Shown here: in pieces, positions 10,555-19,476 of the stretch
Layout of the letters: each line of letters opens with the position of its first letter
How positions within the stretch are numbered: position 1 is the stretch's first letter
Assembly (NCBI GenBank): GCA_964540825.1
Contig: CAZINT010000004.1
Coordinates: 88,835-152,834 of the forward strand
Direction of reading: 5' to 3'
DNA length: 64,000 bases
Source of the DNA: an uncultured Gammaproteobacteria bacterium
Lineage (GTDB): Bacteria; Patescibacteriota; Patescibacteriia; Magasanikbacterales; GWA2-37-8
Translations under genes and position numbers: made by a program
The notes under the pieces: generated by a model
The model's input: the letters and a program-made list of their open reading frames with translations, nothing else
Told to the model about the DNA's origin: nothing
Database searches by the model: none

Positions 10555-11448
10555 ATGAGTATCGAGTTATTATGCCAAAAATTCTGCGAATACCTTTCCT
10601 ATATTCGCGGCTTCGCACCGACCACCATCATCCGCTACAAGATGGTGCTAAAGCTGTATACCAACTTTGCCAAGATTACTACTATAGAGGAAGTAACCGA
10701 CGATAACACCCGTGATTTCTTCTACTTTGGCCGTACCGACCGTCGGTGGGCCTCAAATTCGTTCATCACCTACCACAAAACCCTGGTTGTTTTCTTCCGG
10801 TGGTGCGTAGAGCACCGATATATGGCTAAAAACCCGATGGACGACATCGAGATACCGAAGCTGCATAAGCGGTTGCCGCCGAAACTGACTAAACAGGACT
10901 CGCTGCGGCTACTGGAGGTGGTCTATAACTACCCGTATCACTATAGGTTTGAGCGCTACCGCAACCATGCGATCTTTGCTACCTTCCTTTTCACTGGTAT
11001 AAGGCGTAAGGAGCTAATAAATCTCAAGTTTACCGATGTTGATCTGCAAAACCTATCTATCTTCATCAACCAAGGCAAGGGTGGTAAGGACCGGGTACTG
11101 CCGATTCCCCTTACCCTGGCCGAAAGCCTCCGGCGCTACCTGGAGGAGCGGAAGCGGTTAAAAAAGACGTGTCCGGAATTCTTCGCATCCCTGTTTAAGG
11201 ACCAGGGGTTCACTACCAGTGGCCTCAAACACCTCGTTGACCGCTTCGTACCTGCCTCAAAAATACAGTTCAATATCCATCGGTTGCGGCACACTTTCGC
11301 CACTCTCATGCTGGAGGGCGGATGCGATATTTTCTCCCTATCTAAGCTTATGGGACACAGTGATATTAAGACCACCACCATTTATCTGGCCGCCAGCCCC
11401 GACCATTTAAGGGGGCAGATTATGAAGCATCCATTAAATAATATTTAA
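10555..11448 (+). CDS. Tyrosine-type site-specific integrase/recombinase (island integrase 1)
   Basis: C-terminal catalytic HRLRHTFAT...GH...Y signature (R-H-R-Y family); ORF opens at 10516, 10555 chosen as more typical N-terminus. Confidence 0.85.
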   Translation: MSIELLCQKFCEYLSYIRGFAPTTIIRYKMVLKLYTNFAKITTIEEVTDDNTRDFFYFGRTDRRWASNSFITYHKTLVVFFRWCVEHRYMAKNPMDDIEIPKLHKRLPPKLTKQDSLRLLEVVYNYPYHYRFERYRNHAIFATFLFTGIRRKELINLKFTDVDLQNLSIFINQGKGGKDRVLPIPLTLAESLRRYLEERKRLKKTCPEFFASLFKDQGFTTSGLKHLVDRFVPASKIQFNIHRLRHTFATLMLEGGCDIFSLSKLMGHSDIKTTTIYLAASPDHLRGQIMKHPLNNI

Positions 11449-11506
11449 CTCTATTTGCCAAATTCACCTCTTTGCCTTAGAATAGTTTAAAGTCTGTTTT
11501 CTTTCT

Positions 11507-12247
11507 ATGCCAAAATCCTACAAGCGCAACTACTTATCAAGCGTCATTTTTAGGCTTGATTTTTTTCAAGATATAGCGATAGGAGAACTTCGTGAATATA
11601 GTAAAAAAATTAAATCTATTTTACCAATTCGCGAAGAAAAGGAGGGCGTTTCCGGAATGATTAATCTTGATTTTACAAGTGGTGATGTGAGACAAGCAAG
11701 TAGAAAAATCTCTACATGGCTTTTTTCTAATAAGAATAAAAATAAAAAACTAGAAGTTGGTTTAAACTACATATACTTAGAATATACAAACCACTCATAT
11801 AAAAACTCTTTGGAACTTCTTTCTGATATTAATGCATTAATTTTTCCTTTTCTTGAAAGCTACGAAATTGGCACAGCTCGCAGAGTTGGCTTGAGGTACA
11901 CAAACGAAATAAATTTAAACGAAAAGAACCCTCTCGATTGGAGTAAATATATTAATAAAAAATTAATTGGTGGTTTAGACTTTGGTTCTAAAAAAATAGC
12001 ACGCTCAATGGGTCAGGTTATCTTAAAAGAAGAAAATGGTGATCTTGTTTTTAACTTTGGTATGTGGAACAAAGACTATCCAAATCAAATCTTAAATAAA
12101 GAATTTATTCTTGATTTTGACTGTTATTCAAATCTAGGAATCTCTAGAGATAAAATTATTGAGAGAGTTAAAGAATACAACAATATAATCGAGGGTTTAT
12201 TTGAAGACAGTATAACAGATAACTTTAGAAAAATACTTAATAAATAG
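11507..12247 (+). CDS. Hypothetical protein (island cargo; N-terminus YxxNYLSSVIFRLDF reminiscent of TIGR04255-type conserved hypotheticals)
   Basis: 246-aa ORF, very AT-rich, Lys/Asn-rich; family assignment is memory-based and weak. Confidence 0.45.
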   Translation: MPKSYKRNYLSSVIFRLDFFQDIAIGELREYSKKIKSILPIREEKEGVSGMINLDFTSGDVRQASRKISTWLFSNKNKNKKLEVGLNYIYLEYTNHSYKNSLELLSDINALIFPFLESYEIGTARRVGLRYTNEINLNEKNPLDWSKYINKKLIGGLDFGSKKIARSMGQVILKEENGDLVFNFGMWNKDYPNQILNKEFILDFDCYSNLGISRDKIIERVKEYNNIIEGLFEDSITDNFRKILNK

Positions 12248-12445
12248 CTGCCATGACAACCATAGACAGTGGAACCCTAAAAGCAAGTTACGCGGATTTT
12301 TCTAAATTCAACTCCAGCAGAAGCCCCGTAACAGGAAGCTTTCCTGGGAAAAATCTAGAGAGCACAAAAGACCACAACGCAGACTACAATGTTTTTAAAG
12401 GTTCTTATTCATACCCTATAAAAAGATCACGCTCAGAAAAAATCG

Positions 12446-13063
12446 TTGTGTATGTTCGCAAGCAAGATTAAGTCGCAATATATTAAGCTTAGAAAAAGCA
12501 GATTCTGCCAAGGTGACATACTCAGAGATATCTACATAAGTTTTGGCTCAGATCTGGGAGAATCAGACAAGAAGCAGCTTGAAAGACATTACTTGCCCTA
12601 CTGCATAATAATGACCCAAGATTGCGACCTTAACTCTGACCATGTAGAAAGAATAAAAAATAGGGGCCACGATAAATATTTGCAAGCGATTTTGCTATGC
12701 CCCGCTTATCAAGAAGATTTGTTTTTTGCTGGTACACATATAGAAAACTGGCAAATGCAACAAATGTCTTCAAAACTAAAAGATAGAATAAAAGAAAATA
12801 ATTATTTTGAACGGTACCACCACATTGAGGGCGATCACACATCTGCTATTCCAAATCTTGTAATTGATTTTAAGCATTTTTTTACCGTTCCTCGTGACTT
12901 AATTTATAAAGACCGAAAAAAAATCTATCTTATAACTCTAAATGAACTTTTTAGAGAGAGGTTGTCTCAAAGATTTGCCAACTACCTATCACGGTTTGGC
13001 TTACCAGATTTAAAAATCAGAACAGACAACCAAGCCCTCTCTGTTCCACAGGACTCCCCCTAG
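12446..13063 (+). CDS. Hypothetical protein (island cargo)
   Basis: 205-aa ORF with conserved-looking QGDIL and IIMTQDCDL motifs; upstream 72-aa ORF 12253-12471 overlaps by 26 nt in another frame (possible frameshifted single gene). Confidence 0.4.
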   Translation: MCMFASKIKSQYIKLRKSRFCQGDILRDIYISFGSDLGESDKKQLERHYLPYCIIMTQDCDLNSDHVERIKNRGHDKYLQAILLCPAYQEDLFFAGTHIENWQMQQMSSKLKDRIKENNYFERYHHIEGDHTSAIPNLVIDFKHFFTVPRDLIYKDRKKIYLITLNELFRERLSQRFANYLSRFGLPDLKIRTDNQALSVPQDSP

Positions 13064-13153
13064 AGAAATCCACATGTAAACAAGGGTTTGCCTAATTTAA
13101 GATTTAAAGGCTGTGCAGTCTTAAAATACCTCATTAAGGATGGGGTGTTTTTA

Positions 13154-13996
13154 TTATTGCACTACTGCAAAACGATAGGGAGGAAAGGGCTCTTCCTTGT
13201 TAGGATTTTTTATAATGGCTAGTGATGGGCCAGTCTTTAATAACAAAGAAAGTACGAGCACCTCGTGAGTAAATCCATTTATCTCATTAATTATTCTGTT
13301 TAAAAAAACACTTACTTCCTCTGGAGTAGAGCCATGAATAATATATTGAGGTGTTACCTGCTGCGTTACATGTTGAAAGGTTATATTCGAAACATTTTTT
13401 AAGCCTCCGTGATGTACAGGGGCATCTCTAAGCAATACTATATAAGAAATATATTCAATTCTATCCTCGATAAATTTTATTAAACTAATCGAGTTTAACT
13501 TGTGTCTTTCAGGAAGGTTGTTTTTTAATTGTTCTATTATACCTCGACCGCTCTCTTCCTTTCCGTTTTCCTTATTCTTTTGTTTATTCCAGCCTCTAAA
13601 TTTCAGATCAAATAAGGGATTAAAGGTCTTTGCTAAGGAATCTAGCGCAGCCTTAATTTGCGTTAAAACCGCATCAATTTCGCCATTTAAATCAGGTGAA
13701 TGCAAAGCCTGGTTCGTATTAGTTGGAGCATTTGAACATTTACTTTTAAAATCATTTATAACTTTTTCTTTCTGTAATAAATATTTTCTTCTATGACTAT
13801 TCGCTTTAAATAAAGCGTCGGTCACTCCTCTTACATGGTCAAAATATAAGTCATGTAATTTTTTATCTGCTAGTATAAAATCTCCTACCTGCAAGCCTAT
13901 TATCATACTTAGGGTGTTATCCAAAATTTCTTTGTCTAAAACATCCTGTGGTTCAAATAAGCTGGTTAATACAAAATTTTCAATTGGGTTTTGCAT
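13154..13996 (-). CDS. Hypothetical protein with R-x4-H-H-G-G (HEPN-like) motif
   Basis: 280-aa ORF; LLRDAPVHHGGL near C-terminal third; otherwise no recognisable domain. Confidence 0.45.
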   Translation of the reverse strand: MQNPIENFVLTSLFEPQDVLDKEILDNTLSMIIGLQVGDFILADKKLHDLYFDHVRGVTDALFKANSHRRKYLLQKEKVINDFKSKCSNAPTNTNQALHSPDLNGEIDAVLTQIKAALDSLAKTFNPLFDLKFRGWNKQKNKENGKEESGRGIIEQLKNNLPERHKLNSISLIKFIEDRIEYISYIVLLRDAPVHHGGLKNVSNITFQHVTQQVTPQYIIHGSTPEEVSVFLNRIINEINGFTHEVLVLSLLLKTGPSLAIIKNPNKEEPFPPYRFAVVQ

Positions 13997-14229
13997 AAAA
14001 TTTTAATTGTAGCTGTTGTGTAAATTAACTATTGCTTTCTTCTAGAGCATACAGTATTCTATATTTGCTGCCTATATTAATCAAAATAACCCTTTCACGG
14101 GCGACTGTTTCTATAGCCAATTGTGGCTAGAGATGGACAGTCGCACCTCCACAATTGGAGCCCGTAAGGGTTTTGATTAATGTGGGCAGCAGGTCGGCTG
14201 TCCTTTTTTATTTCAGCCCTTAAATACCT

Positions 14230-15183
14230 ATGTCTATTACAAAACTTAGTACCTGGCGAACTACATTAGGAATTGGTGTTGTTTTATCCCTACTTACTAT
14301 TGTAGGATGCGCGACCACGCCTACGTCCTCCATTGGTACGGATGGAACCTCGACCGCTATAGAGAATGATACCTTGTTGGCTGCAACCACAGCTAAAGTG
14401 GAATCTATAGATACCTCTAAGGATCAAAAACTGTCGGCCACAACGCCCACACAAACAAAAACTACGGATCAGCGAAAACCGACAACAGATACACCTACAA
14501 AACCGACCACTCCTCAGAACGATCTCTACACAGTTACCAAAGTCGTAGATGGCGACACTATCGACGTAACCAAAGATGGAAAAACCCTTCGTGTCCGGTA
14601 TATCGGCATGGATACCCCCGAAACCGTACATCCAAGCAAAGGCGTGCAATGCTTCGGTAAAGACGCTTCCAGCAAGAATAAGGAACTAATACTAGGTAAG
14701 CAGGTACGCCTTGAAAAAGATGTCTCTGAAACTGATCGTTACGGTCGGTTCCTCCGGTATGTCTATCTAGGTGACACTTTCATTAACTTAGAGCTAGTAA
14801 AGCAGGGTTACGCTACTGCCGCCACCTTCCCACCTGACGTTAAACACTCACAGGACTTCGTAGCAGCTGAGCGTGAAGCCAGAGAAGCCAAACGTGGCCT
14901 GTGGGCCTCCTGTAAGTCTACAGAGGCTACCAGCAGCCCTAAAACGACCACCACAAACCAACCAACCGCCTCAAATCCAACTCCGGCACCCACACCTACA
15001 TCTCCCACACCTAATGGCTGCACTATTAAAGGCAATATTAGTACTAGAAAAGAGAAAATTTATCACCTACCAGGGTGTGGCTCCTATACCAAGACTTCGA
15101 TCGACGAGAGTGCCGGAGAGCGTTGGTTCTGTACGGAGCAACAAGCGGTACAGGCGGGGTGGAGAAAAGCGGAAAACTGCTAG
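14230..15183 (+). CDS. Secreted lipoprotein nuclease, staphylococcal-nuclease (SNase/thermonuclease) family with YncB-type C-terminal domain
   Basis: Lipobox LLTIVGC, Thr/Pro-rich linker, SNase motifs [26 protein letters not shown]; C-terminal [23 protein letters not shown]...[21 protein letters not shown] as in Bacillus YncB. Confidence 0.8.
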   Translation: MSITKLSTWRTTLGIGVVLSLLTIVGCATTPTSSIGTDGTSTAIENDTLLAATTAKVESIDTSKDQKLSATTPTQTKTTDQRKPTTDTPTKPTTPQNDLYTVTKVVDGDTIDVTKDGKTLRVRYIGMDTPETVHPSKGVQCFGKDASSKNKELILGKQVRLEKDVSETDRYGRFLRYVYLGDTFINLELVKQGYATAATFPPDVKHSQDFVAAEREAREAKRGLWASCKSTEATSSPKTTTTNQPTASNPTPAPTPTSPTPNGCTIKGNISTRKEKIYHLPGCGSYTKTSIDESAGERWFCTEQQAVQAGWRKAENC

Positions 15184-15264
15184 AACACCATAAAATTATA
15201 GAGAAAAACAGGGCAAACACCCTGCTTTTTTCTTATTTAAAACATCTTAAAAGAATCATACTAT

Positions 15265-16557
15265 ATGATATACTCCTATCATATGAATGATCCAATTCGT
15301 CGTAAATTAACCGGGGAACTATCTATAAGCGCTGACTATAAAAATAACGAATCTACAAAATCTGTTGTTTTTCGTCGTTTAGTTGAAAAAAAATTTGTAG
15401 AAAGTATTCCCAGGGAAAAACTAGAGGAAATGATTCGGAACGATCTTAAAAAAGTTTCTATCACACCTGTAAATGGCATATTTAACGCTCACCAGTTATT
15501 TCACTATACTAATTCTGATTTTTTAAAAGATTTTGACTTTGGAAACACCTTGATTCAAGCTCATATACCATATTGCCTTCATTTTCCCAATCATTACGAA
15601 ATAATTGTAGATATTCCTGAAAAAAAACTAGAAGCCCTTGTTATCTTTGAAAAAATCTGGACGAGCCGCGCCCAAACAGAAGACAAAAAGTCAGATACCG
15701 TTGATTTCTTTGCGGAAGACTGCGTAACTTATTTTAAGGATAGTATTATCCAGACCCCTCAAATACCTTTATCCGCTCAAGAGGGGTGGGAGTCTCTTTT
15801 TACAGGAACGAACATAGAAAAAATGAGTGACCAGAACGGCATTTTTCGTTTTACAAGAGTTCTTATCCAGTTTGATACCAATTTTCCGCAAGATATGAAC
15901 CAGGGCGACTACAAATCTTTGTTGCCACGAGTCGAGGAAATAGCACTTACCGCTATTAACCGCGTAATTGATGTATATCGCGAGGTCACAAATGAATTTT
16001 TCATAAGAAGACTTGGAAGTTTAAATATAAATTTAATTTATTTTATTCCTAAGAATGAAGGTTTTTACCTACTTCCTACCAATATTGAAACAGCAAAGAT
16101 TAACCGATCAGGCAAAGAAATTGAAGAAATATCAGCTAAATTAGAGGCGGGACACAAACCAGAAGTTTACAAGTTACTTTTATTTAACGCATATAGTTCT
16201 TTTGAAACAAAGGATTACACATTGGCTATAGTAGAATCATTCCAGTCTCTAGAAATTTTTTTGGAAAATTATTTAGTAAATCTTTTCAAAGTAAAAAATA
16301 TTCATAAAAAAGAATATCGTAAAATCCTCAAAAAAAACTGGAAGACAAAAGATAGATTAACCGAAGTGCTCAAAAATCTTATTGGGGTGTCTCTCGATAA
16401 ACAACTAAATATTTGGCCTAAATGGTGTGCTCGCTACGATCAAACTCGTAACAGAGTAATACACGGAGGCAAAGAACCATCACCGTTAGAAACCAAGGAA
16501 ACACTGGAAATTAACCAGAAAGTTATTGAATGGCTAAACTCAATAACGACTAAATAA
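15265..16557 (+). CDS. Hypothetical 430-aa protein with C-terminal HEPN-like R-N-x3-H motif (candidate abortive-infection/toxin RNase)
   Basis: C-terminal WCARYDQTRNRVIHGGKEP fits the common RNxxxH HEPN signature; large uncharacterised N-terminal region. Confidence 0.45.
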   Translation: MIYSYHMNDPIRRKLTGELSISADYKNNESTKSVVFRRLVEKKFVESIPREKLEEMIRNDLKKVSITPVNGIFNAHQLFHYTNSDFLKDFDFGNTLIQAHIPYCLHFPNHYEIIVDIPEKKLEALVIFEKIWTSRAQTEDKKSDTVDFFAEDCVTYFKDSIIQTPQIPLSAQEGWESLFTGTNIEKMSDQNGIFRFTRVLIQFDTNFPQDMNQGDYKSLLPRVEEIALTAINRVIDVYREVTNEFFIRRLGSLNINLIYFIPKNEGFYLLPTNIETAKINRSGKEIEEISAKLEAGHKPEVYKLLLFNAYSSFETKDYTLAIVESFQSLEIFLENYLVNLFKVKNIHKKEYRKILKKNWKTKDRLTEVLKNLIGVSLDKQLNIWPKWCARYDQTRNRVIHGGKEPSPLETKETLEINQKVIEWLNSITTK

Positions 16558-16571
16558 CATCTTCAAATCAT

Positions 16572-17366
16572 ATGGTTGTAAATAGTCGTAAATTAAAAAA
16601 CGCTATCTCAAATAATATAAAAAATTACTTTGCCAAGGATAAAACGGTTTTTGATAACCTCAATTCCCTATTCAACCTTTTGTTTGACCACCCGGTTTAT
16701 ATTGAACGAGCTAAAAGGGTGCGGGGTATTTTTCTACTTCCAAAAGACACTGGCCTGTTGTCAGGTGAAGAAGCGTTGGTGTGGGAAAACGATAATGGAG
16801 ATAAATTAAAAAAATTGCGTGACGCCGTCACAAAACTCCTAACTGGTTTTGCTATTCCTGAGGCTTTTCGGGACCGTGTTTTTTATTTTACTTATGACTA
16901 TATTATATCTAAAAATAGCATCCTCTCTTTGTTAGTCGAAAATTTTGATAGCCCAAACCAGAAAGATGAGGGATACAAACGTGCCCCCAAACTACTTAGC
17001 TTCCGCACCGTTCACACCTTACCTGACCGTGAATTGAATAAATATTTGTTGGACACCAACGCCTTATACCTTCAAATAGGCCCTGGTATGAACTTAGCAA
17101 CACTGCAAAAAGTCTACACGGAAGTAATTATGAAAAATAAAGAACAGCTTTTACCGCTTGAGGCACCGAGTCCAGAGGAAAAAGCGCGACTGATCTGGCG
17201 CATGCGAATGGAAAAATTTAGACCTAAAAAAATTATTGAAGTTTTGAAGATAAAGTATATTCATGAGCCAATAAAAATCGACCACCACTTCGTCAAAACA
17301 AATACTTACCGCTACACCAAAGCACTTCAGACACTCAAGATGTTTGATCCAAAAAAGTATTTATAA
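16572..17366 (+). CDS. Hypothetical protein (island cargo)
   Basis: 264-aa ORF 14 nt after previous gene, followed by clean terminator. Confidence 0.45.
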   Translation: MVVNSRKLKNAISNNIKNYFAKDKTVFDNLNSLFNLLFDHPVYIERAKRVRGIFLLPKDTGLLSGEEALVWENDNGDKLKKLRDAVTKLLTGFAIPEAFRDRVFYFTYDYIISKNSILSLLVENFDSPNQKDEGYKRAPKLLSFRTVHTLPDRELNKYLLDTNALYLQIGPGMNLATLQKVYTEVIMKNKEQLLPLEAPSPEEKARLIWRMRMEKFRPKKIIEVLKIKYIHEPIKIDHHFVKTNTYRYTKALQTLKMFDPKKYL

Positions 17367-17367
17367 A

Positions 17368-17396
17368 AGAGCTTGCTAAAAAGCTCTTTTTCTTTT
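17368..17396 (+). terminator. Rho-independent terminator
   Basis: AAGAGCTT-gctaaa-AAGCTCTT followed by TTTCTTTT. Confidence 0.65.
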
Positions 17397-17500
17397 AACA
17401 AGTGTGCCAATATTTTTATCGGCTGATTTTTGTTACCCTAGGGTCAGTGTTTGCACGATAGCGACCACAATCTCATGTCCATAATGTCCTAGTTAAAAAT

Positions 17501-17965
17501 ATGCAGCCAAACGAAAAAGAGGACTTTGATTTAAAGTCGCTTGAAATTCAAGAGCGCAGACAAAAGGTCGAACAGTTTCATATTCAAGGCTTTTCTATCC
17601 TGCGGATGGCCCAAGAGTTAAAAGTAAACCCCCGAACCATTGTTCGCGACATTCAGGCGAACCGACAAGAACGGCTCTCTATGCTTGATGGGTACAGTGG
17701 AAGCATAGACTGGCTCCGTAACAGACTTGGTGATCACGTCAGTCTTATGGATAACGCCCGCTACCGCTTACTGCAAATTGCCGAAAACTCTACAGATGAC
17801 ATGGTAAAAGCTAAAGCCTTAAAACTCGCCACAGAGGTCGACAAAGACACTGTCGATACAGTTCTCAAACTTATGTGGTCGTTTAAAGATTTTATGTATG
17901 CTGGACCCTACCTTGCTAGACCTGTCGGCCTTAAAAAAGAGGACGGACTTCAGGAAAAAGCGTAA
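17501..17965 (+). CDS. Small HTH-containing protein (possible excisionase/regulator of the island)
   Basis: FSILRMAQELKVNPRTIVRDI helix-turn-helix-like segment; immediately upstream of second integrase. Confidence 0.45.
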   Translation: MQPNEKEDFDLKSLEIQERRQKVEQFHIQGFSILRMAQELKVNPRTIVRDIQANRQERLSMLDGYSGSIDWLRNRLGDHVSLMDNARYRLLQIAENSTDDMVKAKALKLATEVDKDTVDTVLKLMWSFKDFMYAGPYLARPVGLKKEDGLQEKA

Positions 17966-18132
17966 ATTTTCCCTTTCCTTGAAGCCGCCTTATAAAAACA
18001 TTTCTGAATGTCCGCCAGAGAAAAAGACTGATTACCTATTCTATCTGTACTTACGTGGCATGCAAACCGGCAGCGGACCGGATGTTAGAAGGTTTCTTGC
18101 AGCCACTAATCAATTGCCAGAAAAAAAATCTT

Positions 18133-19083
18133 ATGACTCACAGCCTACAAGAACTGCATAAACAATTTATAAGGGAAAAAGAACTGGTTGATGAGTTTCG
18201 GCCTGCAACTTCAACAAATCATCGGGTAACTCTTGATTTACTATTAAAATTTAATCCTGCTATAACCCTAGCAGATCTAACCTATACTACTATGCTTGAT
18301 TTCTTTCAATTTCTAAAAAAACGCACAAGATTAGTTAGCGGAAGTGCTTCCAAACAAGGAGTTAAAACATCGACCTTAGCCACCCATTACGGAAAGCTGA
18401 ACACCTTTCTTAAGTGGCTTATCGTACACAACCACTTAGCGGAGAATCCTTTAAAGGACATCCCCTACCCCGAACCTGATTATAGTGATCGTCGGGCTTT
18501 AGACGAAAGTGAGTTGGCAAAAATTTTCGGCGCACTAGAGCACGGCATTGCCTACACCGATCTTTTTCGAAAAAAGCGTGACGCTGCTATATTTGCGGTA
18601 CTGCTTGGATGCGGCTTACGAAAAAATGAGCTTGTTAATCTCAGACTTATTGATATCAATCTCGAAAAACGTGAGCTTCGTGTGCGAAAGGAAACTTCTA
18701 AATCGAAAAAAGATCGTCATGTAGGTTTGAATTCAGACGTCACCATGCGTCTTGAAGATTACCTAAAAGCCCGCAGTGAAAAAGGCTACCAAAATGAATA
18801 CTTGTTTGTTTCCACAACTCATGACAATAGGTTTACAGCTAACGGTTTGAAGCACCTGATTCAAAGAGTCATCAGCGCTTCTGGGGTAAAATTTCACCCT
18901 CACCGTTTCCGCCACACCTTTATGTGGAACGCTGTACGTGCCGGAGTGCATATTGTTAAAATTCAACAAATGATGGGACACAAAGATCTACGCATGCTTC
19001 TTACCTATGCTCGTGGTATGCCTGCTAACAGTATGCTTGGTGATATGGAGCGAATACATCAGCAGCACTTCTATAGAAAATAA
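18133..19083 (+). CDS. Tyrosine-type site-specific integrase/recombinase (island integrase 2)
   Basis: HPHRFRHTFMWNAV...GH...LLTYA catalytic signature; ORF opens at 18055, 18133 Met gives typical length. Confidence 0.85.
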   Translation: MTHSLQELHKQFIREKELVDEFRPATSTNHRVTLDLLLKFNPAITLADLTYTTMLDFFQFLKKRTRLVSGSASKQGVKTSTLATHYGKLNTFLKWLIVHNHLAENPLKDIPYPEPDYSDRRALDESELAKIFGALEHGIAYTDLFRKKRDAAIFAVLLGCGLRKNELVNLRLIDINLEKRELRVRKETSKSKKDRHVGLNSDVTMRLEDYLKARSEKGYQNEYLFVSTTHDNRFTANGLKHLIQRVISASGVKFHPHRFRHTFMWNAVRAGVHIVKIQQMMGHKDLRMLLTYARGMPANSMLGDMERIHQQHFYRK

Positions 19084-19265
19084 TTGCTTTTCTGCCATGA
19101 ATTTGATACTTTACAGATACTTTATTCAGCAAAAACTGCACGCATTTCACCGAGTCAGTTTGGGCAGAGAAGCGGTCGCGGGCACTGATGTAAATTCGAG
19201 TAAAATTCTACACTATTTTATCTCAACCAAGCCATGAAACCCATGTATTGGGACCGGTTGAATTG

Positions 19266-19309
19266 ATGGCATGGAAGAGGTCAAGGGTTCAAGTCCCTTA
19301 AGGTCCACA
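19266..19309 (+). repeat. attR: 44-nt copy of tRNA-Ala 3' half (direct repeat copy 2)
   Basis: Exact match to 10382-10425, followed by the tRNA's original terminator. Confidence 0.85.
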
Positions 19310-19335
19310 AAAACGGTATGCATACCGTTTTTTTA
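19310..19335 (+). terminator. Rho-independent terminator (original tRNA-Ala terminator)
   Basis: AAAACGGTATG/CATACCGTTTTTTT perfect hairpin plus U-tract. Confidence 0.75.
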
Positions 19336-19401
19336 TTTTAGTTTATAACTAAACGTAAATTTTAAGCATTAAGGAGAGCTCTATACGGCCGTACCACTTG
19401 T

Positions 19402-19430
19402 TTGACACTACGAATTAAAACTGTCATTAT
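19402..19430 (+). promoter_or_regulatory. Sigma70-type promoter (TTGACA-17-CATTAT) for GC-rich lipoprotein gene
   Basis: TTGACA at 19402-19407, 17-nt spacer, CATTAT at 19425-19430; AAGGAGG RBS at 19464-19470. Confidence 0.5.
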
Positions 19431-19476
19431 CCCAACAGCCTCTCGGCTTTTTTGCCGAAAAATAAGGAGGAACACC

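Larger units (their letters stand above)
10382..19309. mobile_element. tRNA-Ala-integrated genomic island (~8.9 kb) flanked by 44-nt direct repeats, two tyrosine integrases
   Basis: Integrase adjacent to intact tRNA; exact duplicate of tRNA 3' half plus original terminator at the far end; cargo genes AT-richer than surroundings. Confidence 0.75.

Noticed and set aside
12253-12471. 72-aa ORF as an independent gene
   Set aside because: Not listed as a separate feature. It may be the 5' part of a frameshifted gene continuing in 12446-13063. There is no distinct RBS and no motif, so it is discussed in the findings instead.
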